A stretch of DNA of 64,000 nucleotides from an uncultured Ilyobacter sp. (GCA_963663915.1 OY760649.1:38004-102003), one strand, 5' to 3'; positions 29,084-40,366 are shown, counted from the stretch's first letter. Numbers and translations: made by a program. The notes: generated by a model from the sequence alone, not told the origin.

Positions 29084-29917
29084 GTGATTAAAAATAATAT
29101 TCACAAATACTCTGTATCAGCAATGTGCCAAGTCCTTGGGATTTCTAGAAGTATGTATTATTACAAGTCTAAAATTAAAAATAACATCTCTCCTTTAATA
29201 GAACTAATCAAAGATATTTTTGAAGAGAGTAGAAGAAACTATGGAACCAGAAGAATAAAATTCGAGCTTTTTAAACTGGGACATAAAGTTTCCAGAAGAC
29301 GAATAAGCTCAATCATGAAACAAAATGGGTTGGTATCAAAATATACAATTGCAAATTTTAAGCCACATCACGACAAAATCAATGAAGAAGAGTTGGCTAA
29401 TTTAGTTGAGCGTAATTTTAACAAAAAGGATCATCTACAAGTTGTAGTTAGCGATTTAACCTACGTCAGGGTAGGTAAGGCCTGGAATTATATCTGTGTC
29501 TTAATAGATCTTTTTAACAGAGAAATCATAGGTTATAGCTCTGGAAAAAACAAAGATGCCCAGTTGGTAGCAAGAGCTTTTTCAAAAGTGAAGGGAAACC
29601 TACAAAAGGTTAAAATTTTCCATACGGACCGTGGAAATGAATTTAATAATCAATTAATAAAAAGAACGCTAGAAACCTTTAATATTAAGCGTTCTTTAAG
29701 CATGAAAGGTTGTCCATATGATAATGCAGTGGCAGAAGCCACCTTCAAAACCATAAAGACAGAATTTATAAATGGAATTTATTTTGATTCCTTAGAAGAA
29801 TTAAATTGTGAATTATTAGATTATGTTAACTGGTTTAACAACCACAGAATCCACTCTTCTCTTGGTTATCAAACGCCAGTAGAGTACAGAATGAATAACC
29901 TTAAAAAAGTTGTCTAA
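29084..29917 (+). CDS. IS3 transposase OrfB (DDE)
   Basis: SDLTYV, HTDRGNEF and YDNAVAE motifs. Confidence 0.92.
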   Translation: MIKNNIHKYSVSAMCQVLGISRSMYYYKSKIKNNISPLIELIKDIFEESRRNYGTRRIKFELFKLGHKVSRRRISSIMKQNGLVSKYTIANFKPHHDKINEEELANLVERNFNKKDHLQVVVSDLTYVRVGKAWNYICVLIDLFNREIIGYSSGKNKDAQLVARAFSKVKGNLQKVKIFHTDRGNEFNNQLIKRTLETFNIKRSLSMKGCPYDNAVAEATFKTIKTEFINGIYFDSLEELNCELLDYVNWFNNHRIHSSLGYQTPVEYRMNNLKKVV

Positions 29918-30059
29918 AAAAGTGTTGCCATTCCAATTTATCCTCCATAAGATCACTCCTGTAAGTTTTTTATGAATATCTTTATTGCCCCTTATCCAGT
30001 TTGGACTCTTGCGCGAATTAATAGATAATATATTGAAATCAATATTAAGGAGCAAAGAG

Positions 30060-30335
30060 ATGACTAAAATAAGATACTCTATGGAAGAAAAAGAAAGAAT
30101 ATTGGAAGAAGTTAAACTAGTTAAAAATAGAAGAGCAGTAGCAGCTAAGTATAATCTGGCTGAAAGTACCATCAAAGGGTGGGAAAAAAAGCTTTCTCAG
30201 AAAGAAATTGGTCAACATAAGGATTTAAGTAAAATTAATAAAAACCTTGAGGCTGAAAATAAGGCACTGAAGGAAATTTCTGTGGAAAAAGATCTTGAAA
30301 TCAAGATTTTAAAGGATATGTTAAAAAAGATATAA
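30060..30335 (+). CDS. IS3 OrfA (second family)
   Basis: RBS AAGGAG then ATG 30060; RYSMEEKERIL...HTH and coiled coil. Confidence 0.75.
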   Translation: MTKIRYSMEEKERILEEVKLVKNRRAVAAKYNLAESTIKGWEKKLSQKEIGQHKDLSKINKNLEAENKALKEISVEKDLEIKILKDMLKKI

Positions 30336-31264
30336 CCACTATTTTTAAGTATCAAGTAGCAATACATTGGATTGACGAAGGGAATAAACCTTCCTTAGTC
30401 CTGAAGATAGTTGGGTTACCTAAGTCTACTTACTACTATTACAAAGGCAAAAAGAAAATATCTAAAACAGTAAAACCTAAAATAGCAGGCGCGAAGCCCA
30501 AAGGATATAGCTTTAACTTTAAAAATGAAAGAGTTTCAGATGATGAGATCAAAGATCTTTTAAAAAATTATGATGAAACCAGAGAGTGTGCATATGGATA
30601 TCGAAAGAGAGCTCATGCAGTGAAAAGAGATTGGGGAATAATTCTTAATTATAAGAAGGCTTATCGGCTATGTAAAGAATTAAAACTTCTTCGAAGGTAT
30701 CTTCCTCAGCCTAAAGAAAAAAAGTTCTAGCTACAAATAAAAAGGTCAAATCATCAAACAAATTATGGAAAATAGACGTGAAGTATGGATATATCCACGG
30801 AATCGAAAGAGTATTCTATGTTTGTGAAATTATCGATGTTTTTGATAGAAGCATAATTGATTACCACATCGGGTTCTCCTGTACTGCGGAGGATGTTTGC
30901 AACTCTTTACAGTAGATTAGAAATCATACCTGAGGAACTCTATATTAGAAGTGACAACGGCTCCCAGTTTACCAGCAAATTGTTTTCAGACACTTGCAAA
31001 GCTCTAGGAATAAATCATGAAAGAATCCCCAATGCTACCCCTAATAAGAATGCTCATATAGAGTCATTTCATAGTATTTTAGAGCGGGAAGTATTTGGCT
31101 ACAAGTATTTTGAAAGTTTTCAAGAAGCCTATGAAGAGATGCAGGAATTTATAGATTTTTATAATACAAAAAGAATTCATGGAAGTTTAAAATATATGGC
31201 TCCCCAGGAATTCTATGAGAAATATAAAGGAAAAGAATCAGAGGAATTTAAAGTAGCAGCGTAA
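30332..31264 (+). pseudogene. IS3 OrfB, frameshifted
   Basis: Integrase-core C-terminus 30857-31264; upstream part in other frames with a stop at about 30728. Confidence 0.7.
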
Positions 31265-31625
31265 AACGCGCAAAATAAGGAAATAAGTCCAAGAATTAGG
31301 GGGTCAAACCGATATAAATTAATAGTACATTCAGCAACAAAAGAAATCAAGAAGAAATTCATTTTCCGCCGGCGTAAAGTAACCTGGGGGCTCGAAGTAA
31401 GTTTTGTTTTATTGCATTGTAAAACCAGGTATCTCCGTAGAAAAAAAATAAAAAAATTGATTTTAAGTACTTTTTGAAATTGATGTGTAGACTATGTAGG
31501 TTTTGTGGGATATACTTTTAAGTAGAATCTTTTAAAACTAAGCTAATAAAAAATGTATTAGCTTATATAAATTAATTTAAAGATGAAAAGAGATATATCA
31601 AGTTTAAATAGGAGTTAATTCAAAT

Positions 31626-32267
31626 ATGCTTATAGAAAAATCAGAATTAAAATTTATTAGTGAATTTTTTTTTAAACAAAGAGATGCTGAAAAATTAAGG
31701 GGATATTTTGCTAACTTATATAAAGATGAGACACTATTTCATAATCATTATGAAAATGGTGAAAGTATGTATAGAATGCCATTGGTTCAGTATAAAGTAA
31801 TAGAAGGGAACCTTATAGTAATTGGCTTTAACAAAGGATCAGATTTAGTAAAAAAAGAGTTTTTAAAACACAAAGAGATAAAAATAGGTGATATAACTCT
31901 AAAAAATTTTGAAACTAAGTTAGAGATTAAGAGTGAAATTATGAAGGTAGACGACGACTTGTATACTTATAAATTTCTGTCACCTTGGCTTCCGATAAAT
32001 CAAAAGAATAAAAGGTTATACTTTGAAGAGAAACTTGATTTAGATAAAGTATTGACTAATAATCTTTTAACTAACTTCAAAGGTTTAAATATAGAGGCAG
32101 ATAAAAAAATTATGGTTAAGGGAAGATACATAGAAAAGGAAGTAAATGTAAAAAATACAAAGATGATAGGTTTTTTAGGAGAATTTACAACTAATGTAAA
32201 AATGCCGAATTTAATCTCGATAGGAAGACGTAGAGCTGTAGGATTTGGTGTAGTGGAGGAGGTGTAA
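31626..32267 (+). CDS. cas6: Cas6 (Cas6b-type) crRNA endonuclease
   Basis: KLRGYF...LFHNH...YRMPLVQYK; C-terminal G-loop IGRRRAVGFG. Confidence 0.88.
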   Translation: MLIEKSELKFISEFFFKQRDAEKLRGYFANLYKDETLFHNHYENGESMYRMPLVQYKVIEGNLIVIGFNKGSDLVKKEFLKHKEIKIGDITLKNFETKLEIKSEIMKVDDDLYTYKFLSPWLPINQKNKRLYFEEKLDLDKVLTNNLLTNFKGLNIEADKKIMVKGRYIEKEVNVKNTKMIGFLGEFTTNVKMPNLISIGRRRAVGFGVVEEV

Positions 32268-32272
32268 GATAG

Positions 32273-34459
32273 GTGATAAGGGCGTTTAATAAATTAGGAA
32301 AAACATATCTTAAAAAAGTAAGTGATAGTGATAGAAAGTTAGAGTTTTTAAATGGATTAACTATAGAGCCAAAGGAGAAAGCTTGGAATAAAAAAGGAAA
32401 AGAAGAACAATGTTATGAAATAATATTTGATTTTAATTTGAAAACAAATAAATTAAATATTGAGTTAGGAGAAGAAGTTGATATTGAAAAAAGAAAGAAA
32501 TATTTTGGATTTAAACTTCCAGCAGCAAATAATAGTAAATTATTTTTAACATCGAATAACTGGAATTACCATTTATTAACAATACCACAAAGTTTAAAAT
32601 ATCTAGCAGATAAAAGATTAGATTCTACTTTAAGTAGTTATTATGAATTACTATCTTTATTAAATAAAGAATTCTGTAATCAAAGGATTGTAAAGGACTC
32701 TAAAGGAAAAGATAAAAGAGAGAATTATTTTAATTTAGAAAAATTAGATATAAAAGAAAATCAAAAGATAAAAAAAATATTAATAGATGAAGTCTTAAAA
32801 AAAGTACCTAAAGAAATTAAAGGTGATAAAAAAAATCAAGCTATTTTATTGAAAAATATGGAAATAGAAATAGGAAATTTAAATATAGAATACCAAGAAT
32901 GCTTAGAAAAGATATTTGACTTCTTAGAAAGTATTAAAGCAACTGAAATTATAAAAAAAATAAGCAGTGATGACAAATTTTTTACTAAATTAATGGAAAG
33001 ATATATTATAGATGAAGTCTTAAAAAAAGATGCTAAAGTTTTAGGGGAGCAAAATATCTATACAATAACTATAGATGGAAGAAGAATTTTGGAGACAGAA
33101 TATAAAAATGAATATATAGAATTTATGTATTTTGCATTAAAAGAAATATTTTTTGTAAAAAAAGAATTAGTTGATTCGACATGTGGATGTTGTGGTAAAT
33201 TAGGAAATAAAAAAGAAATAAAAGTAACTAAAAAGGTTGATATTCCAACTAAATTTTATAATACTAATCAACCAAGTTTCTTTGAAAATTTAGATGAAAA
33301 AAGTTACCATAAGGCATTAGGATTATGTGAAGAATGTTTTGAAAACATTAGAGTAGGAATAAGTCGAGTGCATGAAGAATTACATAGTAGATTATTTGGA
33401 ACAGATTATTATTTAATACCTACTAATAATTTTGATAATTTTAGTACACTAAAGAAAGTAAAAAGACAACTAAGTACTAAAAGTGAAACAAACAACGATG
33501 AGATAGAAAAGTTAAAAAATGTGAATAGAATAGAGAAGAAAAATTTAGATATAGGATTTAATATTCTTTTCTGGGAAAAAAATCAAGCAGAGTTTATAGT
33601 TGTAGAAGAGTTACAAAATTTAAAATTTCTAAAAATAGAAAAAATTTTTAAGGAATTGAAAGAGTTAAATAATTTAGAATTTTATGAAGAATTAAATGAT
33701 ATAGGAATAAATTATTTATATTTTATATTATTTCCAAATAAGGAATCGCATCCTAATTTAAAAGACAGGGCGAAATTATGTAGGAAAGAGGCATTGATTT
33801 TATTTTCTGAGATAATTTTGAACCGTAGGATTGATTATGGAAAAATAATAAATAATTTTATAAGTATTTATATGAAAAAATATTTTAAAAGTGAAAATAA
33901 ATTGAAAAAAGATAATTACCCATTGGATGCTTTAAAGATGAATATTATTATCTCGTGGATAAATTCAGTTAGTGATTTAGAGGGAGGGATAAATTTGAAC
34001 GAAGGGAAAAGTTATATAGAATTAAGTGATAAAGATATGAAGGAATTTTTTGATGTACATAAAGAAATATACAGTGATAATTATTATAGACAAGGGCTAG
34101 TAATATTGGGGTATTTAATTAATAAAGTTAAGTATCAACAAGATAAGAAAAAAAAGAAGAGTACTATTCTAGACAGGTTAAATTACGATGGGATAAGTCC
34201 AAAGAGAATAAAAAACTTAGTTGCTGATGTAATAGAGATGCTTAAAATTTATAAAGAATTTGATTATAATGGAAAGATATTTTCTGAAATGATGGACAGA
34301 TTACAAGGAATAGAAGATTCAAAAATGAATAAAGATGAAGTAGTTTTTTATATTTTAACAGGAGTGGGATTAGGTAGATATATTGGAATAAAGTTTGGGA
34401 AAATAAAGGGAACTGTAAACCAAGATGAAGATGGAGGGGAAAATGATGACAAAGAGTAA
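32273..34459 (+). CDS. cas8b: Type I-B large subunit Cas8b (Csh1/TM1802-like)
   Basis: Size and position between cas6 and cas7; CGCCG...LCEEC zinc motif; C-terminal Cas11-like region. Confidence 0.8.
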   Translation: MIRAFNKLGKTYLKKVSDSDRKLEFLNGLTIEPKEKAWNKKGKEEQCYEIIFDFNLKTNKLNIELGEEVDIEKRKKYFGFKLPAANNSKLFLTSNNWNYHLLTIPQSLKYLADKRLDSTLSSYYELLSLLNKEFCNQRIVKDSKGKDKRENYFNLEKLDIKENQKIKKILIDEVLKKVPKEIKGDKKNQAILLKNMEIEIGNLNIEYQECLEKIFDFLESIKATEIIKKISSDDKFFTKLMERYIIDEVLKKDAKVLGEQNIYTITIDGRRILETEYKNEYIEFMYFALKEIFFVKKELVDSTCGCCGKLGNKKEIKVTKKVDIPTKFYNTNQPSFFENLDEKSYHKALGLCEECFENIRVGISRVHEELHSRLFGTDYYLIPTNNFDNFSTLKKVKRQLSTKSETNNDEIEKLKNVNRIEKKNLDIGFNILFWEKNQAEFIVVEELQNLKFLKIEKIFKELKELNNLEFYEELNDIGINYLYFILFPNKESHPNLKDRAKLCRKEALILFSEIILNRRIDYGKIINNFISIYMKKYFKSENKLKKDNYPLDALKMNIIISWINSVSDLEGGINLNEGKSYIELSDKDMKEFFDVHKEIYSDNYYRQGLVILGYLINKVKYQQDKKKKKSTILDRLNYDGISPKRIKNLVADVIEMLKIYKEFDYNGKIFSEMMDRLQGIEDSKMNKDEVVFYILTGVGLGRYIGIKFGKIKGTVNQDEDGGENDDKE

Positions 34460-35300
34460 TTCAGAAATGTTATATATTTATGATGCGGTAAGAACAAATC
34501 CAAATGGTGATATGGATAATCAAAATAAACCAAGAATGGATTATGATGATATGACTAATTTAGTATCTGATGTAAGATTAAAGAGATATATCAGAGATTA
34601 TTTAAACCAATATCATGAAAAAGATCTATTTATAACAGATGAAGCAAAAGATGCAAAGGAACGTGGTGCCCAGTTAAAGAAAGATAAGCAAGTACATAAA
34701 GATTTAATAGATGTAAGACTTTTTGGAGCTGTATTTGCAGAAGAAGGAGCAAATTCACACTTAACTGGACCTGTACAATTTACTTGGGGAAGTTCTCTTA
34801 ATAGAGTAGAGTTACAAGAGAGTAAAACAATTACTTCTAGCTTTAGTTCAGGGGAAGGAGTGGGAAAAGATCATAGGGTAAAATATTCATTCTTAGGATT
34901 TAGTGGAAATATCAATGCTAAAGTGGGAGAATATAGTGGATTAATAAAAGAAGACATAAAATTATTAGATAAAGCTATGGTTGAAGCTATCCCATTGTCT
35001 AGAACGAGAAGTAAAGTAGGACAAACTCCTAGATTATATTTAAGAGTGGAATTAAAAGAAGGTAATTATTTTTTGAAAGATTTAAGAGAGTATATTGAAC
35101 TTGGAGAAAAAGAAGGGTTAGCTAGTATAAAAGATATTAAATTAGATGTAGAGCCTTTAAAGAATTATTTTGAATTAAATAAAAAGAAAATTTCAAAGAT
35201 TTTATATTTTATAGATGATTCTTTATGTAAAATAGATGGAAGCAAGATAGCGATAGAAGATATAGTAGAAAGCATTAAAACAGAGGAAATAGAAGCTTAA
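34443..35300 (+). CDS. cas7: Type I-B Cas7 (Csh2)
   Basis: NPNGD...PRMD...VSDVRLKRYIRDY, DVRLFGA, TGPVQF and RSKVGQ motifs. Confidence 0.93.
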   Translation: MMTKSNSEMLYIYDAVRTNPNGDMDNQNKPRMDYDDMTNLVSDVRLKRYIRDYLNQYHEKDLFITDEAKDAKERGAQLKKDKQVHKDLIDVRLFGAVFAEEGANSHLTGPVQFTWGSSLNRVELQESKTITSSFSSGEGVGKDHRVKYSFLGFSGNINAKVGEYSGLIKEDIKLLDKAMVEAIPLSRTRSKVGQTPRLYLRVELKEGNYFLKDLREYIELGEKEGLASIKDIKLDVEPLKNYFELNKKKISKILYFIDDSLCKIDGSKIAIEDIVESIKTEEIEA

Positions 35301-35312
35301 AAAGGAGTTATT

Positions 35313-36062
35313 ATGGAATTAACAGATATTTTAAAACTAAAGTTAACAGGAGATATAGCTTGTTTTAAGAAGTTTTATTCTAATAAAAGTTCTTTGACAT
35401 ATAGGAGTATTCCACGAAGTGTAATAATTGGGATATTAGCTTCAGTGCTTGAAATAGAGAGGAATAAATATTATGATATTTTTTCAGAAGAAAATGCGAA
35501 AATAGGAATCAATGTAGAAACTCCTACTAAAACTTTTTTTCAGTGTATGAATTACTTGAAAAAAGATGGAGGTAGAACTCAAACGAGGTTACAATTATTG
35601 AAATCAAAAGATTCTAAGCTTGAATTTACTATTTATTTAGCCTTTAAGAAAGATAAAATCAATCAAAAAAAGCTAGATGTTTTAGAAAAAAAGGTTCTTG
35701 AAGGTGACTTAGGTTTTGGAGTATATTTAGGACAAAGACAATTTAAAGGATATTTAGAGCTATCAAAAAGAATTTCGAATTTTAAAATAATTAAAAATTT
35801 TAATGGAAAATTAGATAGTCTAACTTATAAAGAAAATATTATTCAATTAGATTATGATGGTTGTAATAACTTAGCATTAGATACTATGCCAGTAAACTTT
35901 AGCCAAGAAATAGATAAAAAAACTGGAGAAATATTGAGATTACCTGAAGCACATAGAGAGGTAATATATGATTTAGATGGTGAAAGTATGCTTGGGGAGT
36001 TTAAAGAAGTTGTTAAAATTTCAGATAATAAGTATATTAGTTTCTTTAGTGAGGTAGTCTAA
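35313..36062 (+). CDS. cas5: Type I-B Cas5
   Basis: GDIACFKKFYSNKSSLTY...PRSVIIGILASVL; VYLGQ. Confidence 0.9.
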   Translation: MELTDILKLKLTGDIACFKKFYSNKSSLTYRSIPRSVIIGILASVLEIERNKYYDIFSEENAKIGINVETPTKTFFQCMNYLKKDGGRTQTRLQLLKSKDSKLEFTIYLAFKKDKINQKKLDVLEKKVLEGDLGFGVYLGQRQFKGYLELSKRISNFKIIKNFNGKLDSLTYKENIIQLDYDGCNNLALDTMPVNFSQEIDKKTGEILRLPEAHREVIYDLDGESMLGEFKEVVKISDNKYISFFSEVV

Positions 36063-38485
36063 TGGTTATAAAATCACATCCGGATAAATTATTAGTAAAT
36101 CATTTAGGTGGCGTTAGTAGAAATATTTATAAGTTAATAGAAGAGAAGGAGGTTAATCCTTCTCTTTTTCCTAAGAAAGATCTATTAGAAGTAGGTTATC
36201 TAATAGGGATATTTCACGATTTTGGAAAATGTACTTCATTTTTTCAAAAAAGATTGGAAACAAAAATGAAAAGTAAATTATCACATCATGGTCTAATATC
36301 AGCTTTACTAGCATACTTAATTATTAAAGAAAAATATGGTATGGACTTAGCAATTTTAGGATATATGGTAATTCGTAGACATCATGGTAATTTAGAAAGT
36401 CCATTAGAAAGTATTGAAAATCATCAAAATGAATTAGAGAAACAACTAAAAGATATGAAAAAAAAAGAACGGTTAAAAAAAATCATAAATATCTATAAAA
36501 AACTAAATGAAGATTTGAATCTTGAGTTCTATTTAGATAAGTTAGAAGAATTAATTGATGAACTAGAAGAGTTTACTGATGAAATAGATGCCTATCTATT
36601 TGAAGAAGAATATGAAAATGAGAAAGCAATAGAAAGATTTTTATTTTGTAACTTCTTGTATTCTGTATTAATAGATTCTGATAAAAAAGATGCAGCAGGT
36701 GTAGATAATAAATATTTTGAAAATAACCTTCAAAATAAAGTAGTCGTAAAAGAATATATAGATAAGTTGAGAAGAAAAAAATCAAAAGAATTTTCTATGG
36801 AAATTCCAATCAATAGATTGAGAACAGAGTTTTACGATAATGTAATTAGTAACTATAAAAAAGAAAAAAATTTCATCTATACAATAAGTGCTCCTACAGG
36901 GATAGGAAAGACCTTTACGGCATATGGTTTAGCGAATGAAATCAGTAATGACAGTATCAATGGTAAAAGGATTATATATGGATTACCTTTTACATCTATT
37001 ATAGATCAAAATTATGATGTCATTGAAAAAATACTTGAAAATTCTTTGGGAAAGAAATATGAAGATAAGTCTAAATACCTTATCAAACATCATTATCTAT
37101 CAATTTTAGAAATGGAATCTAACGAGAATAAAAATGATGATGAAATAGTTCCCAAGTTTAATTACAATCAAGAAAAACTGCTTCTTGAATCGTGGGAAAG
37201 TGCTAATGTGGTGACTACTTTTGTACAAGTCTTTCACAGTATATTTTCTAATAAAAATAATATGTTAAGAAAGTTTCATAACATCGTAAATAGCGTGGTT
37301 ATTTTAGATGAGATTCAAAGTATAAAATATGGTTATTATAATTTAGTTGGGAAAGTATTTGAAGTATTTGCAAATATTTTTGAAACAAATATCATCTTAT
37401 TAACCGCAACACAACCTAGATTAATAGAAGAGTCAAAAAGAATAAGTTTAGTAGATGAAGAATATTTTTTCAAAAATGAGGAATTCAATAGAGTAGAATT
37501 AAGTTTAATGGAAGAATTAGAAGAGATAGGAATAGATGAATTTATAGATAGTTTTGGTAAGAAATTTAACTCTAATTCAGCTTTAATAATAACTAATAAA
37601 ATAAAACTAGCAATAGAGATGTATAGAGAATTAGAAAGAGAATACGGTGATGAATATGAAGTATATTCTTTGACAACTAATATATTACCTAAATATAGAA
37701 CTGTTTTAATAAAAGAAATTAAGAAAAAAATAAATAATGGGGAAAAAATAATTGTTGTTTCAACACAACTTGTAGAAGCTGGGGTAGATTTTAGCTTTGA
37801 AGAGGTATATAGAGATTTAGCTCCTTTAGAATCAATTGTACAAGCAGGAGGAAGAAGTAATAGAAACAATGAATTGAAAGATAAGAAGGGAAAATTGTAC
37901 CTATTTAATTTAATTCATAATAAAAAAGACTCCTCAGATATTTACCCAACAGGCATAATAAATTTAACCAAAGAAACTATAGATAAGGATTATATAGAGG
38001 CAAAAGATTTCTATGACTATACAAACAGATACTTTGAAGGGATAGATATTAAGAATGAAAGTAGAAATATTCTTAATGGAATTAAATACTTAAATTATTC
38101 CAAATTTTATAATTCAAAACAAAAAGAGGAACCCATATCAAGCTTTCAACTAATAGATGAAGTGGTAAGTAAAACTGGGGTAATAATATCTCCAAATGAA
38201 AATATAGACAAAACAATTGATAGATTAAAACAATTAATAGAGAATAATAAAGGGATGAAAATAATTAGTGATGAAGATTTAAGGGAAGTGGAATCTTTAA
38301 AAAAAGAGTTAAGAAAATACACTATAAACGTATATAAAAATAAATTGATAAAATATCGAGATATAGTTGATGATATCTTAGGAAGTAATGTTATTTATTC
38401 TAAGTACTATAACGTAGTTTATGATGAAAAAATAGGTTTTATGGATGACAATGAAGAGAAAGTTCCAACAATGATGGATTTCTAG
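36062..38485 (+). CDS. cas3: Cas3 HD nuclease-helicase
   Basis: SHP..L..H, HDFGK, APTGIGKT, LDEIQ, LTAT, STQLVEAGVD and QAGGRSNR motifs. Confidence 0.96.
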   Translation: MVIKSHPDKLLVNHLGGVSRNIYKLIEEKEVNPSLFPKKDLLEVGYLIGIFHDFGKCTSFFQKRLETKMKSKLSHHGLISALLAYLIIKEKYGMDLAILGYMVIRRHHGNLESPLESIENHQNELEKQLKDMKKKERLKKIINIYKKLNEDLNLEFYLDKLEELIDELEEFTDEIDAYLFEEEYENEKAIERFLFCNFLYSVLIDSDKKDAAGVDNKYFENNLQNKVVVKEYIDKLRRKKSKEFSMEIPINRLRTEFYDNVISNYKKEKNFIYTISAPTGIGKTFTAYGLANEISNDSINGKRIIYGLPFTSIIDQNYDVIEKILENSLGKKYEDKSKYLIKHHYLSILEMESNENKNDDEIVPKFNYNQEKLLLESWESANVVTTFVQVFHSIFSNKNNMLRKFHNIVNSVVILDEIQSIKYGYYNLVGKVFEVFANIFETNIILLTATQPRLIEESKRISLVDEEYFFKNEEFNRVELSLMEELEEIGIDEFIDSFGKKFNSNSALIITNKIKLAIEMYRELEREYGDEYEVYSLTTNILPKYRTVLIKEIKKKINNGEKIIVVSTQLVEAGVDFSFEEVYRDLAPLESIVQAGGRSNRNNELKDKKGKLYLFNLIHNKKDSSDIYPTGIINLTKETIDKDYIEAKDFYDYTNRYFEGIDIKNESRNILNGIKYLNYSKFYNSKQKEEPISSFQLIDEVVSKTGVIISPNENIDKTIDRLKQLIENNKGMKIISDEDLREVESLKKELRKYTINVYKNKLIKYRDIVDDILGSNVIYSKYYNVVYDEKIGFMDDNEEKVPTMMDF

Positions 38486-38495
38486 GAGATATTCT

Positions 38496-39485
38496 ATGGC
38501 AATGGATTTATATGTTAATTCATATGGTACATATATTCATAAGGTAGGGGAGATGTTTGAACTAGATGTAGATGGTAAAAAAACAAAGATATCTCCTAAA
38601 AAAGTAAGAAGTATTATAATATCGACACATGCTAGGCTTACATCGGATGTAATCCGTCTAGCAGTGGAAAATAATATAGATGTGGTAATGTTAAATGATT
38701 ATGGAGAACCATACGGAAGATTTTGGCATAGTAGGTTTGGATCGACGGCAGCAATAAGAAGAAAACAGATAGAGATATTTGACAGTGAAGAGTCTATCGA
38801 TTTTATAAAGGAATGGATAGGCAGAAAGATAGAGAACTCTGTGGGACACCTAAAGGATCTAGAGTATAAGAGACATGAGAGAGTAGGAGAAATAGAGGAA
38901 GAAATTACTAAGATGAAAGGATATATGGAGGAGATATATAGATTAGAAATAGAAGATGAGAAATGGCGGGAAAAGATTAGGTCCTACGAAGGGAATTCTA
39001 GTAAAGCTTACTATAAGGTATTAACTTACTTAATACCTGAACCATATAAATTTAATGGAAGAACACGAAGACCTGGAAAAGATGAATTTAACTGTATGCT
39101 TAATTATGCCTTTGGTGTGCTTTATAGTAAGGTTGAAAAAACTCTTGTTATAGCGGGCTTAGACCCTAATATAGGAATACTTCATACAGATAATTATAAC
39201 AAGAAGTCTCTTGTATTTGATATTATTGAAAAATATAGATTTATAGCTAATAGAACAGTATTTGCTTTATTTAGTATGAAAAGGGTGAATAAATCATATT
39301 TTGATAAAATCTATGGAGGATATAGTTTAAATAAGGAAGGAAAAAAAGTACTACTTACGGCTTTGTCAGATAAATTTGATAAAAGAAAAGTATACCATGG
39401 AAGAAAAATGACAAACCTTCAGATAATACAACATGAAAGTCATGAATTAGCTAATAACTTAATAGTAGGTGATAAAGAATGTTAG
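38496..39485 (+). CDS. cas1: Cas1
   Basis: YEGNSSKAYY, FNCMLNYAFG, GLDPNIGILH and LVFDIIEKYR motifs. Confidence 0.96.
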   Translation: MAMDLYVNSYGTYIHKVGEMFELDVDGKKTKISPKKVRSIIISTHARLTSDVIRLAVENNIDVVMLNDYGEPYGRFWHSRFGSTAAIRRKQIEIFDSEESIDFIKEWIGRKIENSVGHLKDLEYKRHERVGEIEEEITKMKGYMEEIYRLEIEDEKWREKIRSYEGNSSKAYYKVLTYLIPEPYKFNGRTRRPGKDEFNCMLNYAFGVLYSKVEKTLVIAGLDPNIGILHTDNYNKKSLVFDIIEKYRFIANRTVFALFSMKRVNKSYFDKIYGGYSLNKEGKKVLLTALSDKFDKRKVYHGRKMTNLQIIQHESHELANNLIVGDKEC

Positions 39486-39769
39486 CTTGGTTTATATATG
39501 ATATTACAAATAATAAAACAAGAAGACATATAGTAAAGCTGGCTGAAGAATATGGGTTATATAGAGTTCAAAAATCCGTATTTTTAGGTGATATAGAAAA
39601 AAATAGATTGGATGAAATGGTAATTCAAAGTGAAGAATTAATAGATAAGAAAAAAGATTCAGTATATATATTCCCTATGTGTAAGGCTGATTTTAAATCC
39701 TCTATATTTCAAGGGCAAGCTTTTGATAAAGAATTAGTAACAGATGAAATTACAGCGTTTTTTATATAG
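39479..39769 (+). CDS. cas2: Cas2
   Basis: IYDIT...YGLYRVQKSVF...DSVYIFP. Confidence 0.95.
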   Translation: MLAWFIYDITNNKTRRHIVKLAEEYGLYRVQKSVFLGDIEKNRLDEMVIQSEELIDKKKDSVYIFPMCKADFKSSIFQGQAFDKELVTDEITAFFI

Positions 39770-39778
39770 GAGGCAGAC

Positions 39779-40366
39779 ATGGAAGAGGTTAGTATTACTC
39801 CAAGTGTGGTTATAGAATATCTTTATTGTCCCAGGTTTATTTACTTTATGAAAGTTCTTAATATAGCTCAGAATGAAGACACTAGGTATAAGGTAACAAA
39901 AGGACGAGAAGTTCATAAACAAAAGAAACTAACTAATGTAGAATATCTTAGAAAAAAAATAAATGTAGTGGATAAATTACAAGAACAAATTCTTTATTCA
40001 GATAGGTATAATATTCATGGAAAAATTGATGAGATATTAACATTTTACGATGGGACTATGGGGGTTCTAGATTATAAGTTTGCAGAGTATAAGGAGAAGA
40101 TATTTTCTACTTATAAAACTCAGTTAGTTATGTATTCTATGATGGTAGAGGATAACTTTAATAAGAAAGTAAATAGGGGGTATATTGTTTATACACGAAG
40201 TAGTAATCATATAGAGGAGCTTAAAATTACAGAGACAGACAAAAAAAATGTTGAAGAAATAGTAGGAGAGATACTTGGTATAATAAATAGAGGGTATTTT
40301 CCTAAAGGGACAAGGGCAAAGAGTAAGTGTAATGACTGTTGTTATAGAAATATATGTTTGCAATAG
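39779..40366 (+). CDS. cas4: Cas4
   Basis: YLYCPR, GKIDE, DYK, QLVMY and KCNDCCYRNIC (Fe-S) motifs. Confidence 0.95.
   Translation: MEEVSITPSVVIEYLYCPRFIYFMKVLNIAQNEDTRYKVTKGREVHKQKKLTNVEYLRKKINVVDKLQEQILYSDRYNIHGKIDEILTFYDGTMGVLDYKFAEYKEKIFSTYKTQLVMYSMMVEDNFNKKVNRGYIVYTRSSNHIEELKITETDKKNVEEIVGEILGIINRGYFPKGTRAKSKCNDCCYRNICLQ

Larger units (their letters stand above)
28710..29935 (+). mobile_element. IS3-family element, copy 1
   Basis: TGG...CCA imperfect IRs; orfA/orfB; flanks AGG/ATT, so no TSD. Confidence 0.92.
29984..31311 (+). mobile_element. Second, distinct IS3-family element with broken orfB; ends approximate
   Basis: orfA 30060-30335; orfB fragments to 31264 (SDNGSQF, NAHIESFH) interrupted near 30720-30860; related termini ...CCAGTTTGGAC and GTCCAAGAATTAGGGGGTCAA. 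Confidence 0.75.
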
